In this document: positions 62,601-64,000 of the stretch, in pieces | How positions within the stretch are numbered: position 1 is the stretch's first letter | Layout: each line of letters opens with the position of its first letter | NCBI GenBank assembly: GCA_016748015.1 | Contig: JAAOMT010000599.1 | Location: 372,001 to 436,000, forward strand | Length of the DNA: 64,000 nucleotides | From: Geosiphon pyriformis uo1 | Lineage: Eukaryota; Fungi; Glomeromycota | Reading direction: 5' to 3' | Translations under genes and position numbers: made by a program | Notes under the pieces: model-generated | The model's input: the letters and a program-made list of their open reading frames with translations, nothing else | Databases searched by the model: none | Told to the model about the DNA's origin: nothing

Positions 62601-63751
62601 TAAAGTGCTTCTTAACACCGAAAAGTTGTCATCATGAAGAATATTTTGATTACTATATACACACAAAATTTGATCAGATAAAATTTTTGAGAGAATTTTT
62701 CTTGCAGTTTTGATCAATACAATAGGTCTGGTGTTTGTAAAAATGTCATCTCAATCATAAGACTTGGGAATTATAAAAACCCATGCTTTTTTTCAAAAAA
62801 CTGAAATATCACTAAGTAACACACACAAATTCAACAACTCCAAAAAACAAGCCATTATGTTATTACTATTGTGTTTTCATAATTCATTAGATATATCAAA
62901 AAGACCAGCAGTTTTGCTATTAAGTAATTTATTAACAACCAAAGACAACTTACTCAAACTAATGTTATACATCATCTTTGAAAAAGCATCATCATTCACA
63001 TGATCTAATGGAACATATTGTTAGACCCATAAGTCAGACAAAGCTGTAAAAATTTTCTGCTTATGAGTTTAATTCACTATAATCTTATTCACCTTAAACT
63101 TAACTTCATCTGGTTCCAAAATCAACTCATTATTAATTATCAAGTAATTAAGCACAACTTTGTGGAACAGATGCTCCAAAATGCTTCTAATTATACCACC
63201 TTTATTTGAATTAAAATCACTCATCTTTTTTTCTATTGCATTCCTAATTGATTTACTTTTGGCTATCTCTAATTCATAGTACTTTGACTTACAATAACTC
63301 TTCTTAATATTTGATAAATATTCAATTAAATCTGCTGATTTTGTATTGTCTAGAAGCATAACTACGACCTTAAAAGTCTTAACATTATCAAGTTTTAACC
63401 AAATCTAAACAAGTCAATCAAACTCAGATTTTTTACTCAAGTTTAAACACTTTATAATCTTAGTAATCAGAACCTCTAATCTAAAAAATTTAGAAATCTG
63501 CTTGTTTTTTGAGCAGTTAAAATCACAGAACCAATGTCTAAAAAAAACTTTATCAGCTAAATTACACACCACACTCTTTAGCACATTCCATATTATTTTC
63601 AGATCTTTTTTTCCACTTGCCATCTTGAAAGATAACAGAGCTTTAAACAACAAAAATGAAAAATATTTTGAGAAATGTGTCCATTTAGTCTCATCTGTGT
63701 CTTTAAATCAAAACTTCTACTGATTATAATTAGCTTGTTTACAAATGCTGT
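59665..63751 (-). mobile_element. Older LINE copy (ORF2 from after the endonuclease to the 3' tail), cut off by an LTR at 63752
   Basis: Colinear ORF2 fragments (GVFVNN, IYTDGSL); conserved 3' UTR; (AAAT)n tail. Confidence 0.88.
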
Positions 63752-64000
63752 TGTTACAGGTGATTATTTGGGGTCTCAAGTTAAATAACAAATCCGTAAC
63801 TTGGTGCTCAAATCTAATTGCAATGAATAGTGATCTGAAGGTTTGTATCTGAAGGTTTTTGGTTGAGTTTTTTGTATAATGAACAGAGATTCAATGGTGA
63901 TAGTTTTATCTATAGCTTCCCGAAACTGCAGTTTTGTCAATTTCTTTCTCAGCTTGGTGGCCGGTATTCCTCCTGGTAAGCTATCCTCAATCAAATGTTC
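63752..64000 (-). mobile_element. End of a family C-related LTR; continues beyond the window
   Basis: TGTTACAGGTGATTATTT matches 46540 and the reverse complement of the Gypsy C LTR end. Confidence 0.85.

Noticed and set aside
3190-63994. Many short antisense or alternative-frame ORFs in the track (e.g. 4888-5148, 37256-37708, 49881-50321, 50730-51272, 53305-54523)
   Set aside because: They are shadows of TE or gene coding strands, or LTR sequence, with no recognisable motifs.

Overview
Eukaryotic, very AT-rich, repeat-dominated fungal-type DNA. The repeat and gene style resembles Glomeromycotina such as Geosiphon, but that is inference only. About 90% of the window is transposon-derived. It holds two full-length (~6.8 kb once inserts are removed) APE-RT-RNaseH LINEs (3113-23340 +, 29066-45964 -), several truncated or decayed LINE copies, and six nested Ty3/Gypsy insertions or LTRs from two diverged families (A: 4668-5650 solo LTR and a 3-LTR composite at 7478-19951; C: 34670-44799, with related LTRs at 46540-47367 and 63752-end). 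There is also a pogo-like DNA transposon relic and long, extremely AT-rich tracts that are in part hypermutated LINE relics. Only two intact host genes are present, both on the minus strand and probably mitochondrial: an intronless PPR protein and a 3-exon NDUFAF7/MidA-like methyltransferase. The most interesting signal is the architecture shared by both Gypsy families: gag - protease - triple C4 Cys-rich domain - dUTPase - dUTPase-like remnant - RT - RNaseH - stop - Met-initiated integrase ending in a PxVxI (HP1-box-like) tail - a conserved non-envelope ORF3 - PPT, with tandem motif arrays in U3. These elements sit in DNA whose repeats show strong C>T/G>A hypermutation at CpG and non-CpG sites while the genes keep their CpGs.
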